DNA from: Octopus sinensis | Taxonomy: Eukaryota | Assembly (NCBI RefSeq): GCF_006345805.1 | Contig: NC_043002.1 | Location: 31,558,001 to 31,622,000, forward strand | DNA length: 64,000 nt | Direction of reading: 5' to 3' | Shown: in pieces, positions 28,427 through 43,855 of the stretch | Layout: every line of letters starts with the position of its first letter | Position numbering within the stretch: position 1 is the stretch's first letter | Position numbers and translations under genes: made by a program | The notes under the pieces: generated by a model | Seen by the model: only the letters and a program-made list of their open reading frames with translations | What the model was told of the DNA's origin: nothing | The model's database searches: none

Positions 28427-28545
28427 GACGCTCAGTGGTTAGGGTTACTAAGCTAACAAACTATAGGTTACCGTTTCGATTTCCGAACCTGGCAGAACAT
28501 AACGTTCTTGAGCGAGGTGCGTTATATCAAGTTGCTCTAAGACAA
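28427..28545 (+). mobile_element. Highly degenerate family C-like SINE head
   Basis: gctcagtggttagg...gtttcgatttccg...gttcttgagcgaggtgc. Confidence 0.45.
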
Positions 28546-29123
28546 TTAACTGAAAATAAGACACAACGGCGCCCCATATTTTATATTTAGTCGGAAAATC
28601 TTGAAAATCTGGGATAGCGTTTGTGTCATATACCTGAAACAGTAGATAGAGGTTTGTCTATCAAAACTATAGATGTTCTTACTATGTGAGTTTTCGCTAT
28701 TATAATTATTTTTGTTTAACACCAGGCCACTTCATATTAAGCAAACATCACAGTGATTAAGTCGATTTTTTGCTTCAGACATAGAGTATTAAACGTATAC
28801 TTCCTTTTGAAGACGCAAGTATGAGTGATTTGAGGAGTATTTTGTTTATATGTATAACACGATGGAGACCATATAAAGTTTTTGGTCATTGGTGGGAAAC
28901 GTTAGTTAAAGACTAAGCAGCTGGCTTCTAGTTGAGTATAGACTGGCAGTAATACAATGCCCCAAACTATGAAATAATGGTGTTAGTGAGTCACTTGACA
29001 CTATAGTTACAGAATAATATTATAGTTACAAACTATTGTACTCATACAAGTTATTAAATTCAGCTTCAATAGTATTTGATCTCAAAATTCTTGTTCTAGT
29101 TATCAATATTTGAATGCAATCTC

Positions 29124-29520
29124 AGGTGGCGAGCAGGTAGAATTGTCAACATGTCAGAAAAAATGCTTAGCGGCATTTCGTCCGTTTTTACTTTGCTTTT
29201 CATACTTTTGGGGTCGATAAAACAAGTAGTGGTTGAACACTGGGGTCGGAATAATCGACTGAACCTCTCCTCCCGAAAGTGTAGGCCTTGTGCCCAAATT
29301 TGAAATCAATATTTGAGTGCAGTTTAAGGTAGCGGGCTGGCACAATCGTTAGCACGCCGGGCAAAATGCTTAGTGAGATTTCGTCCATCTTTACGTACTG
29401 TGTTCAAATTCCGCTCCGGACAACTTTGCCTGTTATCTTTTAGGGTTCTATAAAATAAGCACCAGTTGAGCACTAGTCCCCTCCCCCAAAGGTTCGGGCC
29501 TTGTACCTTTGGTAAAAAGA

Positions 29521-29577
<57 letters not shown>

Positions 29578-29780
29578 TATTATTATTATTATTATTAAGA
29601 CAGTGAGGTGGTAGAATCGTTTGCTCACCGGGAAAAAATGCTTAGCGTCATTTCGTCCGTCTTTACGTTCAAATTTCACCAACCATGATTTGTCTTTCAT
29701 TCCTCCCGGGTCGATAAAATAAGTACCAGTTGAGCTCTGGGGTCGATGTAATCGACTTTCTCCTCACTCGGTACTGATGG
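29124..29780 (+). mobile_element. Three consecutive same-orientation SINE family A copies
   Basis: Heads begin near 29124, 29327 and 29600. Each has aaatgcttag...atttcgtcc...ataaaa..ag. Confidence 0.8.
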
Positions 29781-31334
29781 CTTTGTGTCAAATATGACAC
29801 CATTATTTAAGGGCTGATTTACTAAGAGCAATTCTAGTGCTGCCACCTATGATGGAGTATTATTGTTTAGTTTAGTTTTAAGTTTTGAATACAGCTTTGG
29901 TGATAAGGAGTTAAATGTTATTTAAAACAGGTAGCACTCTAAATAAATTGAATATAATTCTAAGCGATAATAATGTTGATGGAAGTTTAGTTACATTCTC
30001 TAAAAACCTAGCTGCAACAGCTACTACAAACAACGTACATGCTATCAGATATAAATTATATAAAACGTTCATCAGATATGAGATGTTGTTAAGTACGATA
30101 AGCTTAAAATATGTAAATATGCATTTCACCGTCACATAGCCACACAGCAGCAATGATAACGATCACCTCCATTTATTGGCGTCCATTGATCTAATGATTC
30201 GACCTCATAAAATATACCCAATTTACGGTTGACGTTGCAATTCTTTATCACAATGACATAAGTCCGACCAGAGATATTGACAGATGGCCGTTTAAAAATC
30301 CCTACAGTCGCCTCATATGTACCCAGAAAATGATATATGTCCTTCTCCATGTGTTTACATATACTCCATATCAATTACGTGCATTTTTTTCCCAACGATG
30401 GCACCGCTAGATAATTACAGTTAATCACACGTCGATCAGAATCACTACGTGCACTCATATACATTAAAAATATGCAAAGGAATTAAAGATAAAATACATT
30501 TATAATGAAAACATTGATTGTCTGCAACTAATAGAATATTATTAAGCAAGTAGTATGTTTGAAACTGCTGTAGATACAGGGAACCACTAGTCTACGATTC
30601 ATACAATGTATACATTTACGCAAGAATATTAATTTCCAGCTAGGAAAGCAGTGTGTCGTTAGAATTCGTTTAAATTAGAAATACTGAACAAGCCAAATTA
30701 TAGTCGTATGGTATCCTTATATCAATATTTCATGTACCCCAAAGGTTTGAAATAAAATTGTCATTGTTTCTATTTACTCAATGTTCAATAGATATCATGT
30801 AGCTACGCAACTCTCAAGTGATTATTACACATATCGGATATGATTCTATTTCCCAGTGATTTGCTCTATTCCTATTAGTATCTTGCAGACTGCAACGTGA
30901 ATTTACTCGGGCATATTTTCATTTGAATGAATACCCGAAATGCTAAACTTTTGAATATGGATCCTCAACAGTTACAAAAGTATTTGTAATTTCTCATTGC
31001 TTTAAATATGAGACTGAGCGAGAACAATCTGTTTCATAAATTAATATTTTCTTTCGCTAGTCATTGATTAGTTGCGCGAGAATTTTGCACAAATTAGCGT
31101 ATAAAGGAATTAAAACTATAATTGTATCACCTGACAGAAAAGTGAAGTGTAATTTGTAAGGGGCACAATGACACCAGGTTAGGTTTATAATATTGCATCA
31201 GTTACACTTTTATGTGTATGGTGAGCGACAATGAGAAGAGTGTGCTTTGCTTAAAGTTTCTGAGAATCCCTTTTATAACACATACGCTGTTAATACGTCC
31301 CTCTCAACAACCGTTAACTTTTCTCCACTGTCTA

Positions 31335-31437
31335 TTCTAAAGCTCCACGAGTCTCCGGCAGGGGGTAATGGTGATCTCTGCTGTACTCTTTCACATTGTG
31401 ACCAGCGATGTGTAGCAACATCTGATGACCTGCTCGG

Positions 31438-31481
<44 letters not shown>

Positions 31482-31600
31482 TTTTCCCCAAGACCTTAGA
31501 CCCTTCCTTGGAGTAAGCATGCTGTCTAGCAGAGCAAAAAAATTCTTTAATGGCGGTGCCCCACCTTAGCCACATCTCGTGAGTGAAACTAGATAAAATA
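31335..31600 (+). mobile_element. Family E-like SINE fragment with a degenerate CR1-type tail
   Basis: ctaaagctccacgagtctccggcaggg...ctgctgtactctttcac matches the reverse complement of 63330-63390. Tail: ggcggtgccccaccttagccaca. Confidence 0.6.
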
Positions 31601-32031
31601 TAAAAAAAGATTATTCTCTCATCTTGGCTCTGTCTAAATATATCCCCATTCTTTCATTTTGTTTCATAACTTACTTTCTCATTCCTAATTTCCTCTCACT
31701 GGTTCTCATACTACACCACTCAATACATTTTTATCGTAACTTCAATATCGGAGACTGGCTGCAATTATTGTTAGAATAAAACATTACAAGTCCATGTTTC
31801 TCTCATAGTCATCTCAGGTTCTATACTCTCATGATCGAACGAGTAAATATCATTTAACCAAAGTTGTAAATAACAGGACAAGTCATGTCTAGCACTAGGC
31901 TCTTACTGAATACCCCGCATTTTTGGTACAATTAGAATTACCGAGAAAATTTAGAGAACACATTTTTATATATTCAGTTTTCGGGTGAACGAGGACATTT
32001 CTTGCTAGAAAAAAATATATGTATATATATG

Positions 32032-32125
<94 letters not shown>

Positions 32126-32471
32126 ATAAATGTATACATATATGCATATCTATCTATCTATCTGTATGTATATATATATATATATTTTTATATATATATA
32201 AACACATACATATTTGCATATAAATATTTATACACACACATACATATATATGTGTGTGTTTGTATATATGTGTATTTGTATGTATATGTATATGTATGTA
32301 TGTATGTATATATATATATATACTTACACCCACTCACACACACACACACACATATATATGGGTGTATATAGATTGATAGATATATAAAATATATACTACA
32401 TAACAAAGTTTACATTAACACTATCACACTTAAATATATATACTTATTAGTGTGTGTGTGTGTGAGTGTGT

Positions 32472-32512
<41 letters not shown>

Positions 32513-33101
32513 GTGTGTGTGTGTGTGTTTTAGTGCATATGTGTCCACTTAAAAATAACTGTGTGTCTGTCTGTGCAGAGGTTTCTAGACTGGCTATCAT
32601 TTTTATGTTACATTATTTTTTCATCCTCCACTACCGAGATAAAAATCGCCGATACAATATCATTTACTGTAGGGAGAGAGAATATTCTGTTTGATAGACT
32701 TTAGAGTTCTCAGATGTGTTTGCTTTAGAAAGAACCTCATTATGTTTGAAATGTGTACGATGGAATTGGGAGTCTTGACGAGGAAATGGAGTGGCGTAGT
32801 ATCATGGCGTCGGACGCTTTTAGGGCAAGGTTAGTGGATGCAAGCTGAAGTTGGATCCGTGGGCGCAAATTTGAGATGTTTAGTTAACATTTAAAAAAAA
32901 ATGGAGGGTAATGGAATAAAAGAATAACAAATGCCAAACGTCAGAGCAATTTGAAAGAATCTATCGACAAAAAAGCAATTCTATATATGTATGAGTGTGA
33001 ACGTGTTTATGTATGGATTTTTATATATGTATGCTTTTATATACAGATACATACACATATGTATTATAATATACACATATATGAATGTATACAAAATTAT
33101 G

Positions 33102-33137
<36 letters not shown>

Positions 33138-33501
33138 TTTACATATATGTGTGTATATATATATATATATTTACATGTATATGTGTGTATATATATATGC
33201 ATTTACGCAAGCAAACCACACATAAAATGATATATTTGCGTGTGTAAGTGTAGGGGTTTGTATACGTGTGCTGAGGGACAAGTATGGAGAGATTTACGTA
33301 TGTGAGAACTGAAAAACTGAACCGTTTTAAACATTTGTGTATATATAGCTTCGATTTATACCCAAGCACAAGCATTTATTTAGTGAGTGTAAGGCTTCCC
33401 CTAAAAATGCACATTGGGAAAATGTGTGTGTAAGAGAGAGAGAGAGAGAGGACGTTTTATAACCATATGCATATATATGTATATATATGTATATATGTAT
33501 A

Positions 33502-33580
<79 letters not shown>

Positions 33581-34085
33581 CGTATAAATATACATACATT
33601 ATGCATATCATACATATGTACATAGAGATGGAGGGGTACTTAAACACTTAAAAGCTCTTTTCATAAAACGTACACTTCCGTTCATCAAACACACACAAGC
33701 ATTGGCACATAAGCACACAAACATACAGACACCATATGCACACATATACACAAATGTTCATACGCATGCAGACTCACTCACGCAATGACAGACGGACACG
33801 CAAACACGCACATAGTAACACGCGCACGCACTCACATATGTATATTTATATCTGGTTCTGTAGGAATCGCAGTCGATGTGTTTATAAAAATTAACGCATC
33901 ACTATATACTGAAATAAGCATTTAATATAATTTCCCAATTTTCACCCTTTTTTTTCTTCCTTTCTTTATATTTTCTTAATATCGTCCATTCTCTGCATTC
34001 TGCCCCTCCCATAGAGTAGAGTCTATGCCATCATTCTGTAAGATAGGGATCAAATCCCTACTAATACGTATGTACACGTGTGTGC

Positions 34086-34202
<117 letters not shown>

Positions 34203-34256
34203 CATATATATATATACATATATACATATATATATATATATATTATATATATATAT

Positions 34257-34304
<48 letters not shown>

Positions 34305-36419
34305 GCGTATATATTTATATGTACATACACACACATGTATTTACGCGCACGCTATGACATGTGAATGTATGCGTATGTGAATATGTATGTGTAAGCAAAC
34401 ATTCAGAAAATACTCATTTTGATAAGATATTTTAAATGTGATTCTTTGGCAGAAATAAGGGGGTAAGTGTATTTGGGGCACAAACAATAACTTGTGTTTA
34501 TAAATTTTATTTGGGTGGTGACGAGACATTTATGTCTGCACGAAGAGGTATGTATATACATTCATACATACATGCATACATACTTACATCTAAACATACA
34601 TACATACTTACATACATACATGCATGCATGCATATATAAAAAACACACGAACACGCACACGCACAGAAGGGGAGCGAGAAAGATGGAAAGATATAAATAT
34701 TTGTTTATATTACATTGATATCTTTACGCTTATCTAACATCTTTCATTAATGTTTAATTCTCAATCTATCATTATTTTTTCATTTCTTTTCTTCTTCTTT
34801 AACCAGAAAGGCGTTGCTCCAGCCTGGTCTTAGCCGTAATGTATGAAAGAAATCAAAGAAAGAAAGAAACCTTTTTTTTATATATTGCTCTACTTTTCAG
34901 GATATCTGTTTCCACTTTTAGATACTTCTCCTTTCTTTCTGAGTTTATTTTCACATTTTTCTTTCAATTTTGTCATTTTCTTTACATATTTTTTTACTCT
35001 TTACTTTGTTTACTTATCCGTAGCGTTCCGTTGTAATTCATTCGTTGTTATCATTTTCATTTATACTTCCAATTTTCCATCATATTTACTGTGTTACTTC
35101 TATTCCCAACATATTCTCAACCACATCTCTATTACACTCCCAGCATTTCTCTCAATTCAGTCTGTATGTCCCTCCCTAGTTCTCCATATATTATTTAGTC
35201 ACTTATTTAAAGGTCAACTTGGATTAAGTTTGTAATCTAACAAACCTTTGTACGCCTATATTGTTCTTCAACAATTTCGATTTTAGAATAAATAAGAACA
35301 GACCTGCGTAGGTCATTAATGTTTTCTAACTAAAATGACTAACATACGCTAAAGATGACTTTGTAGCGTTTGTTGCCTCAAATAAATCTAATCTGGTTAA
35401 TCTCAGGCAATTATTGATATTCATATTCGGTTTTCAATAAGAATATTAATTAGCTCATCCGACCTAATTTGGATGTGTTGTTTATAACTCTATATGTCGT
35501 GGTGAACGTCTCGAAATAGCATTCCATGTAGACGACAAATGCTAAAACGCATCGAAATTTTATTGTGGTTGATTAAATTTAGTCAGTAATGGTAGATGCT
35601 ACAACTGTTTTACATGATTTCACCGCATTGTGGATCTTCAGTAGCAAGAAGCCAAGCACCGACTGTCAAGTAGTATATCAGTCAACTTTACATAAAGTAA
35701 TACTGGCTAAACAACCAATGATTCTGCGAAAACATGGTGGGTGTGTATAAATTAGCTGATAACATCAGAACCAGCTTTTGTAACGAATATCAACTGGTAC
35801 ATCCACCCCAACATGGATGTGTCGGTTTGTGGTTGAGAGTAGTGTATCCAACGTTTCGGTCAGCGACTTTCTTTAGGTTTAATCTGACAGGAAGGAAAAT
35901 AGGACAGACAACAGAATAATCTGTCCTGTATGTTTAAGCAACATCAACAGACACTTTCTGTGAAATAGAGCAGAAACTAATACCATCATCTCCTCTAAGA
36001 TTCTCTCCAGCTAGTATGTGTGTGTTGTTTGTGTGAGAGAGAGAGAGTACCCATATATATGTTTCCAAGAAACAACCGACACTGCAATATTTTTAATCGG
36101 CATAAGATTAAGATTGGATTATTGCCTTAGTCGTATTATCGCACAAATTATAGCAACACATAATATCAAAATAATATCGAAATTGCAAAAAAGGCGATTA
36201 CAATCAGAATAGCGTAATGAATTCGAAGTATAATAACGTCAAACGGAGTAAAAAATAAACTCAAATAGAAGAGAACGCTAAGAAATCAAATGTCGTGGAA
36301 AGGGAACTAACTCAATTTAACATAATAAGGTCAAATCGAATAAAAGTTCAACAAGAAATAAAAGAAAGTTAATTTTACCTAAAAGAACTGTGGAAATGCA
36401 TTTAATTCTACAATCATTG

Positions 36420-36883
36420 ATCAAATTGAGACTAAATCGGACAGAAATATATAAGGCTACCTTTGCAATTGTTCTAAACGGGAACCCTGTTGTGTGAAAA
36501 ATAAGTATAAAACTAAAAATGCAATATATAGATGTATAGTTACATCTGAGGGTAAGGAATTCCTTTACATCGGTGGGATACCGTAAAATTTCGAGAGAAG
36601 AGTGGCAAATCATTTGAGTTCATTTAAGGACAAAATTAAAAATTTGCAAATGAGTGTTTGCAAATTTATCTGGTCTATCAAAGACAGTAAGAAGGACTAT
36701 ATGATTAAATGGGAGCTAATTTGTACTTTAAAACCATACAGAATTGGAACCAATAGATGTGACCTATGTGTAGAAGGATTTTACAGTATTTTCACATTCA
36801 AGAGTAATGTAATAAATTTTAGACATGAACAAACATTGAGATGCTTGCACATGAGGAAGTTTATATTTGCCAAATTTAAATGA
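36420..36883 (+). pseudogene. PLE C-terminal GIY-YIG endonuclease remnant
   Basis: One frame with a single stop: CNCSKREPC...AIYRCIVTSEGKEFLYIG...RVANHLSSF...KFIWSIK...IKWEL...RCDLC...LRCLHMRKF. Confidence 0.85.
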
Positions 36884-37244
36884 GTAATTATCATTTAAAC
36901 TATACAAGGCTTTGAAATGATGGACTGAAAATGATTATCCAATAAGAACTTGAAATAGAGATCGTTCGCGTCTGACTAAACGGACAATTCTACGTTGTAC
37001 AACGCAAACTCCATTAAAGAAATTAATTAAACAGCCATACCGAGGGATATCAAGTTAAGACCCCGAAGAGACTGCAAAGTTTTAGAGTACGGTTCCAAAT
37101 GCAACTATTACTAATCGCTACAACTGAAATTTGTGTTGGATTTAAAAAGTAGTATACAATTATAGAATTAAAAGTAATGCTATTGTTACTGCGGGGTAAT
37201 CCTTAATTTTAATATTGTCAATATATATTTATAGTCCTAAGGCT

Positions 37245-37450
37245 GGGAGGTGGTTCGATCGTTAGCACTCCGGGCAAAAGGTTTAGAAGTATTTTGTTTG
37301 TCTTTACGTTCTGTGTTCAAATTCCGCTACGGTTGACTTTGCTTTTCATGCTTTGGGGTCGATAAAATAAGTATTATTAAATAGTGGAGTCAATGTAATC
37401 AACTAGCCCTCTCATCGGCACTTGTTCGCCTTGTGCTAAAATTAGAAACC
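37245..37450 (+). mobile_element. SINE family A, degenerate
   Basis: gttagcactccgggcaaaa...gttcaaattccgc...ggggtcgataaaataagta. Confidence 0.75.
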
Positions 37451-37564
37451 AATATATATATATACAGTCTATCTGAAAAGCAACAAGAGATTGTGAATTA
37501 ATGGGACTGCCGGACGAATGAAGGGCATAAGCGATGATATTCGTGGACAATTAGACAATCAGTG

Positions 37565-37613
<49 letters not shown>

Positions 37614-38729
37614 GTGTGTGTGTGTGTGTGGTTGCCCTTGTATGCGTCTATGTATAAGTTATACGCACACGCATACCCAAACTTCCTCGGTCAATGTATG
37701 TTTGTATTTTGCAATCCATATAAATATGTGTGAGTGTGTGCGTGCGTTTTTGCTAGAGTTATTAATTGTCTTTATGTTATTCCTAATATTTCCAGCACTT
37801 CCAGGTACCTAACAGAAGATACTTAACAGAAGAATTCCATTCGCCAAACTTTGCATGTGACGTTGATAGAATATGAAGATCGTTAATTGGCTTTGCCTAT
37901 CCAATTTTCCACAGGCATTGTCTAACAACTAACAATTTAATTCGTGTAGGCATCAAATAAAAACTTTAATTATTCTAACAATTAGAGTAATTAACCAAAG
38001 TTCAGATTTGCTCTATAAACGTAGGAACCAGACTAGCGCACTACGTAACGTACCCACTTTAGTCCAGAGAGGGCCACTTAAATTAGTATTATAGCAATAA
38101 TTTAGGTATATTTCACCTTTAAAGTCATTAGAATTAGGATGTTATTCCAGTATGCTTTCGGACTCCACTCCACAGACTTTAATTTATTTTAACCCATCTT
38201 GTAACCCATCTTGTAAACATCCTTTTTGTCTTAAATGGTCGTTCAACGATATTTATGGTTATCTACTAACTTATCTGCTTTTATAGATGAAGATGTCAAT
38301 GATGATACGCGCATAAACAAATACATATATAATGAAACATAGAAATGATTTTATGGAATTACAATGAGAAAATGTTTTTTCTGTGTTTATAATCTGGTTA
38401 TTACAGATTGCGCAACGAATTCTATTTGAGTATGTGAAAGATTGGCCGTGAATAAACTTGCCCAAATAATGGATCTGTACAGAAACAGACATATATGTGT
38501 TTTTGAATGCACTTGTGTGTGAATGCACCAGCTTGATTGATTATCGGTACAAGTGAAGAGTAGTCATGTCATTAAAGTGCTATGATGTAATTGGTTGGAA
38601 GATGAAAATTCACAAGTCGTTTCTCCGAATTACTAGCTGCGCATGTCCATAGAGCATAGACTAGCTTTGATATACAATAAATATAACTAGTATGATATAG
38701 AAATAGCATGAACAATGTTCTTTCGATTA

Positions 38730-39010
38730 CTTTAAAAGTAAAATGTTTAATCGAACATGCAAGTGATATTCCTGTCTCATGAGCAAGGCTTTACCTAAAT
38801 GAATCTCTTTACATTTTCGTATAAATTAAACTTATAATGTATTAAATAGAATGAGAATTAAAGTAAGCTATTTATGTTCCAGATATATTACATTTTCTGA
38901 TAATAGAGTTTATTCTAGATACCTATTCCCCAACAATATAGTCAATTCCCTAATTTGTAGCCACATTTCTCACAGAAATTGCCCCCTGAACGGTTATTGT
39001 CTTTTGAAAA
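38730..39010 (+). pseudogene. Very degenerate PLE RT-to-endonuclease linker remnant
   Basis: Fragments KMFNRT..YSC, IKVSY and RNCPLNGYCL resemble the FNRN..KVSYSC...CPLNG.C linker. Confidence 0.4.
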
Positions 39011-39570
39011 CCAATTCTATTGGATTTAAATCAAAAGATATTAACAGCGCCCTAAATTTGCTCCATAATACTTTCTTGTCAATGTGTAGATACATTTAAC
39101 AAACCTAGAAGAAAATTCTTTACAAATATTATCAAACTTTGATTTAAATAATGAGTAATTGTACGCATAAGTTTCAGTCATATTGTTTTCTCAGTTTATG
39201 GAAAAGTTTGAAATCTTCATTGCATAGTTGATTAAAGTGAGAAAATATTCGTATTGCTTCATCATAAACGTTTTAAATTAATGTTCGGCTTTGCTGATAT
39301 ATATTAGACATCTTCTAAAATTTTCTTCTTAATTATGGTCATCGAACTTGTCATTTGGAGTAGAAGCACTTAAAATAAATGGAATAATACAATGCCAATT
39401 ATAACTCGAAGGGCGGTTCCTTTCACAAGCACTGACATATTTTCTTCTATACTTTATCTAGCATACAATTGAATTTTCAGATATATATTTCAAGATATAT
39501 AAATGTATGTATGCATGTATGTATGTATGTATGTATGTATGTATGTATGTATGTATGTATGTATGTATGC

Positions 39571-39606
<36 letters not shown>

Positions 39607-39880
39607 TTAGCTTTCTTTGGGTAAAAATCTCAGTATGCGCTCTCAAATGCTTCTATTCTTAGGATAAATATAATGATAATATTAACTTACGAATGGAAAT
39701 TCATAAGCTTTATTATTGCATGACAACGTATTTTTGTGCGTCCCAAACGCTCATTAGGCAACCATAACACTTTTAATATTTATGTTATTGAAAATTATTT
39801 TCAACTCCATTTCAACGTAGGCAAAGTTGAGTTCGGCGGAATTTGAACTCAGAACTCAAATACAGGTACTAGCTAGCCTC

Positions 39881-39920
<40 letters not shown>

Positions 39921-40067
39921 AAAGTCTATCCTGTTTCATGATGTACAAATTCCAGTGAAAATTTCTCATTTCTAAGCAAGAAGCCGGATTTAGAAGTATT
40001 GCTGAGGAATTCAAATATATAACCATGACTGTTCGTATGTACGTACGTACATACATACATACATATA

Positions 40068-40101
<34 letters not shown>

Positions 40102-40186
40102 CATACATACATACATACATACATACATACATACATACATACATACATACATACATACATACATACATACATACATACATACATAC

Positions 40187-41160
40187 AGTCCTTCGGCAAC
40201 ATTCTTTCAGCACCAAATGTCGAAACATCATAATACTTGGAAGCCAGCTCCTTGGGCAACTCTTTGTCTGATAACCTAGAATACATACCCAAAGAAGTCG
40301 CACGACTCTACTGCAACGTATCATCAGATAAAAGGATGAGCCCATAAGAGCAGAAGACTATGCATGGATATGTTAGTAGAAAGCTCCGTGATGATTGTAA
40401 CATCGATCATCAAAGCAGTTTATCATGGACCAATAGCCGGATTACTGTCTCCCAATTTGAAGGATATGCGTTTGCAATCCAGGAAGAGGAAATATTAACC
40501 AAGCACCTGATGCACAAAAGTGACAGAGATGTAAAATCTGACAACCGAAGCAGACTTTGTGGAGTTCACACTGAAGATAGATATCACCCACATCATAAGC
40601 AGTTGTCCGAAAATGTCATCACGGTATTATCTACCGATGAGAAATGATGTTGTAGCTAGGACACTCCATAATAAAATCCGTCAGAAGGATAATCCCGAGG
40701 ACAAAAAATATGAACCCACAATATTTTAGAAGCCATAGCCACTCATAATAAAAAGGAATACTGGTGGTATGTACTAATGAAGACCTCAATAAAATTTAAG
40801 TACAACAGACCTGATAAAATGATTTGGGATATTGAAGAGAAACTTTGCACAGTTGCGGAAATTTGCCGTCCAGCGGATGTTAACATAAAGCTGAAGGTCA
40901 TTAGAAAAAAGAACACCTATGCTGAACTATTGAGAAATCTGCTGTTACTCTATCCATATTACATATTCGGTTCTATCCATATTAGGTTTATACCTGTAAT
41001 TATTGAGGCCCAACGATATGTAACACACTGTCTAAATACTAATCTTGAGAAATTGGGCTTCTCTAAAACCAGAAAGGAGAAAGCTAATTCGAAGTCTACA
41101 AATCTAATCCATCACTGGAACTGTAAAATCTGCAAAACTTTCCAGAAATTTATCATTTAA
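40187..41160 (+). mobile_element. 5'-truncated non-LTR retrotransposon with restriction-like endonuclease (R4/Dong-like)
   Basis: SQFEGYAFAIQEEEI, RLCG..TED..HI.S.CPKM (CCHC knuckle), RNDVVAR, YNRPDKMIWD...CTVAEI...D (PD-(D/E)xK), C-terminal CKICKTF. Confidence 0.85.
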
Positions 41161-41223
41161 ACATATATGTGCATGTCTAGGCATGAGAATACATGCATAA
41201 AATATGCAAATATGCACATACAT

Positions 41224-41282
<59 letters not shown>

Positions 41283-42659
41283 TACCCTGTTGTTGATATT
41301 GAAATTCCAGTGAAGGAAACTTGGATCTATGTTAGAAACCGGTTCTTTCTCTATTGGCAAGAAATCTTGAAATAAATTGAATAATGACATACATACATAT
41401 ACGTGAACAACTATATGCTCGTTACCAAGTTATAGTATTTCTCACCTTCATATGCATTAGCATACATACCTCACAAATCCAATATAAAAAGTGCCTTTAT
41501 AGTGTCGTAGGAGAAAAAAAGTCAAATGCCATTTATGTCACATCCATCTGTGGCACCATTAGGAGTGTATGTTGTATAATGGAGTCTTAGATATTTTTAT
41601 ATCTAAACTTTAAAGAAGGAATATCTACAGTTGGGAGATTTTTGTTTATAGTTCTCAAACTTGTATCACATGCGGCTAAAGAATAACGTATATCCATACG
41701 AACATCATAGATGTTCCTTGATCTGCAGCTATATGATAGAAAAAAAAGCAGATCACACACGTTGTGAAATACAACCACTGAAGTACCAGAAACACCACGA
41801 AGATGCTACAACCATCCAGTTACAGACGTAACATTTCTTATTTCGATTACATTCGTTATCGCCACGAAATTTACGGCGTTGAGACCGGAATTTTGCATAC
41901 AGTTCTTACTGTAATACATTCCTTACACACGCTTCAACAGTTCTATGTCTTAACTAATAAATCTTACAGGAAACACCACTCAGTATTGCTGCCCTTGGGG
42001 ATTCTCACCCAATTTGTTTATTTTTTCCAACAGAACCCATCATACAAAAATATTTCTGCATAAACATGGACCTCATCGCCTTCATCATTGTTGGAGAAAT
42101 TGCATAAAGTTACACATGATTTTGTTATGTTCTACTACCATGCATTTCCTACTAAATCTCGATCTTTCTGAAAATCTAGCTCATACATCTATCGATCTTC
42201 CTTTCTCTCTATTTGTGCAATTTACTCCGCATCAATTCCATCTCAAGAACATGCAGCCTAACACAGTCAGATGACATGATTGGCATGTGCACTGTCATAG
42301 ACGTAGTTATGTTACGTCTTGTAAGCAACTATCAGATGCGACAGGCTGTCACATTATACAAAGCCGCCATCTTAAAATGTCTGATTGTCAATGGGAAATT
42401 AATTCCACAGATATCATTATGTATTAGTTTGAACAAGCTCTATACAAAACGGTTGCCTTAATCTAGATTATCGCATTTGATTTTCTCACATATTCTCGCA
42501 TTTGATTTTCTTTACTAATAATATTATCTCACCTCCTTCCGTTTTCTCTTTTACTCCCTTTCAATATTCTCCATTTCTTTCTTTCCCATTTTCTGCAATT
42601 TCTTACGACGAGTTCCTTCTCTGTTAACTATCAGTCATCCTCTGTCCATACTGATTCGT

Positions 42660-42735
42660 GTTTTGCCACATCATCATTACCATCATCATCACCCTCATCA
42701 TCATCATCAACAATATCTTCGCCATCATCATCAAC

Positions 42736-42767
<32 letters not shown>

Positions 42768-42905
42768 CAACGGCACTACCAGCATAGTCGTCGTCTTCTT
42801 CATCATCATCACCAACACCACCAACAGAACAATCATCATCATCATCATCACTACTTTCATCATCATCGTTGTCGTCGTCGTCATCATCATCATCATTATC
42901 CGCAT
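42660..42905. repeat. (CAT)/(CAC)/(CAA) trinucleotide tract
   Basis: Direct reading of the sequence. Confidence 0.9.
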
Positions 42906-43335
42906 TATTATAAATGCCATATTATGTACTTATTCCATGTTACAACTATCCTGGTATTGGAGTCAACAAATACTAGGTAGAAAATCTGGTGGATTTTTAA
43001 AAAAGCTTTCTTTTTTATTTTGATTTCTGTCGTTTATGTTCTGAGTTCGTAATCTCGCCAGTGTCAACTAACGTTTCAACATATCTGGCATCGATAGAAT
43101 AAGTTTTCAGAATGTTAAATGCTTGATGTGCACCTATCAATGCACGAAGTATATTTGAATTTCCAGAGCGAGGCTGCTTTCGACCTACCCAACAAAAAAT
43201 AACAACCAACAAAATAACAATTAATACTACAAAAAAATGGTACAAAAAAATTGATACTTCATAACTGCTTTCCATCTATCCGACAAAAAAAAACAAAACA
43301 ACGAAATAATAAGTGATACTACACAAAAAACTTTA

Positions 43336-43612
43336 GTGTCGAGAACGGTGAAACGTTTTTGAAAATTTTGCGTAGGCCTATGAGCAGATAACAACAAGCT
43401 TTGGGCAAAATTTGATGCAGTTTCTCTGCTCAACATTGTTATAGTCAATGCATCGAACACAAGCTATATACGTTACTACCAAGCAGTGCTTGGAAGTAAC
43501 GTGTGTAGTACTGCTGTAAACAACAGAAATGAGCTAGAAAGTTTAAACCTGGTGCTCATGCTTTAGCTTGGTTACTATGGCAACAGTCCGGATACTTAAT
43601 GATCAGACCACG
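43336..43612. mobile_element. One arm of the palindromic mariner derivative family seen at 8748-9617
   Basis: Ends ttactatggcaacagtccggatacttaatgatcagaccacg+TA and carries the same internal junction, gtgtcgagaac...tgcgtaggcct. Confidence 0.75.
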
Positions 43613-43623
43613 TATATATTTAC

Positions 43624-43719
<96 letters not shown>

Positions 43720-43855
43720 CATGTATATACATACACACCCACACACAAACACACACATATATATAGTTGGAATTTACAAAAAACCCAAAAGACGAAGACA
43801 GGTGTGTAAACAACAAACAAGTGTATTAGTTTAACGCTCGGTAAGATGAAAAAGT

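Noticed and set aside
37063-37105. GACC-CCGAAGA-GACU(GCAA)AGUU downstream of the PLE endonuclease
   Set aside because: GAAA and an NUH site are missing. Possibly a relic, but not supportable.
41978-42107. ETPLSIAALG after a possible splice acceptor (ankyrin-like)
   Set aside because: The similarity stops after about 10 residues and there is no convincing donor site or second repeat.
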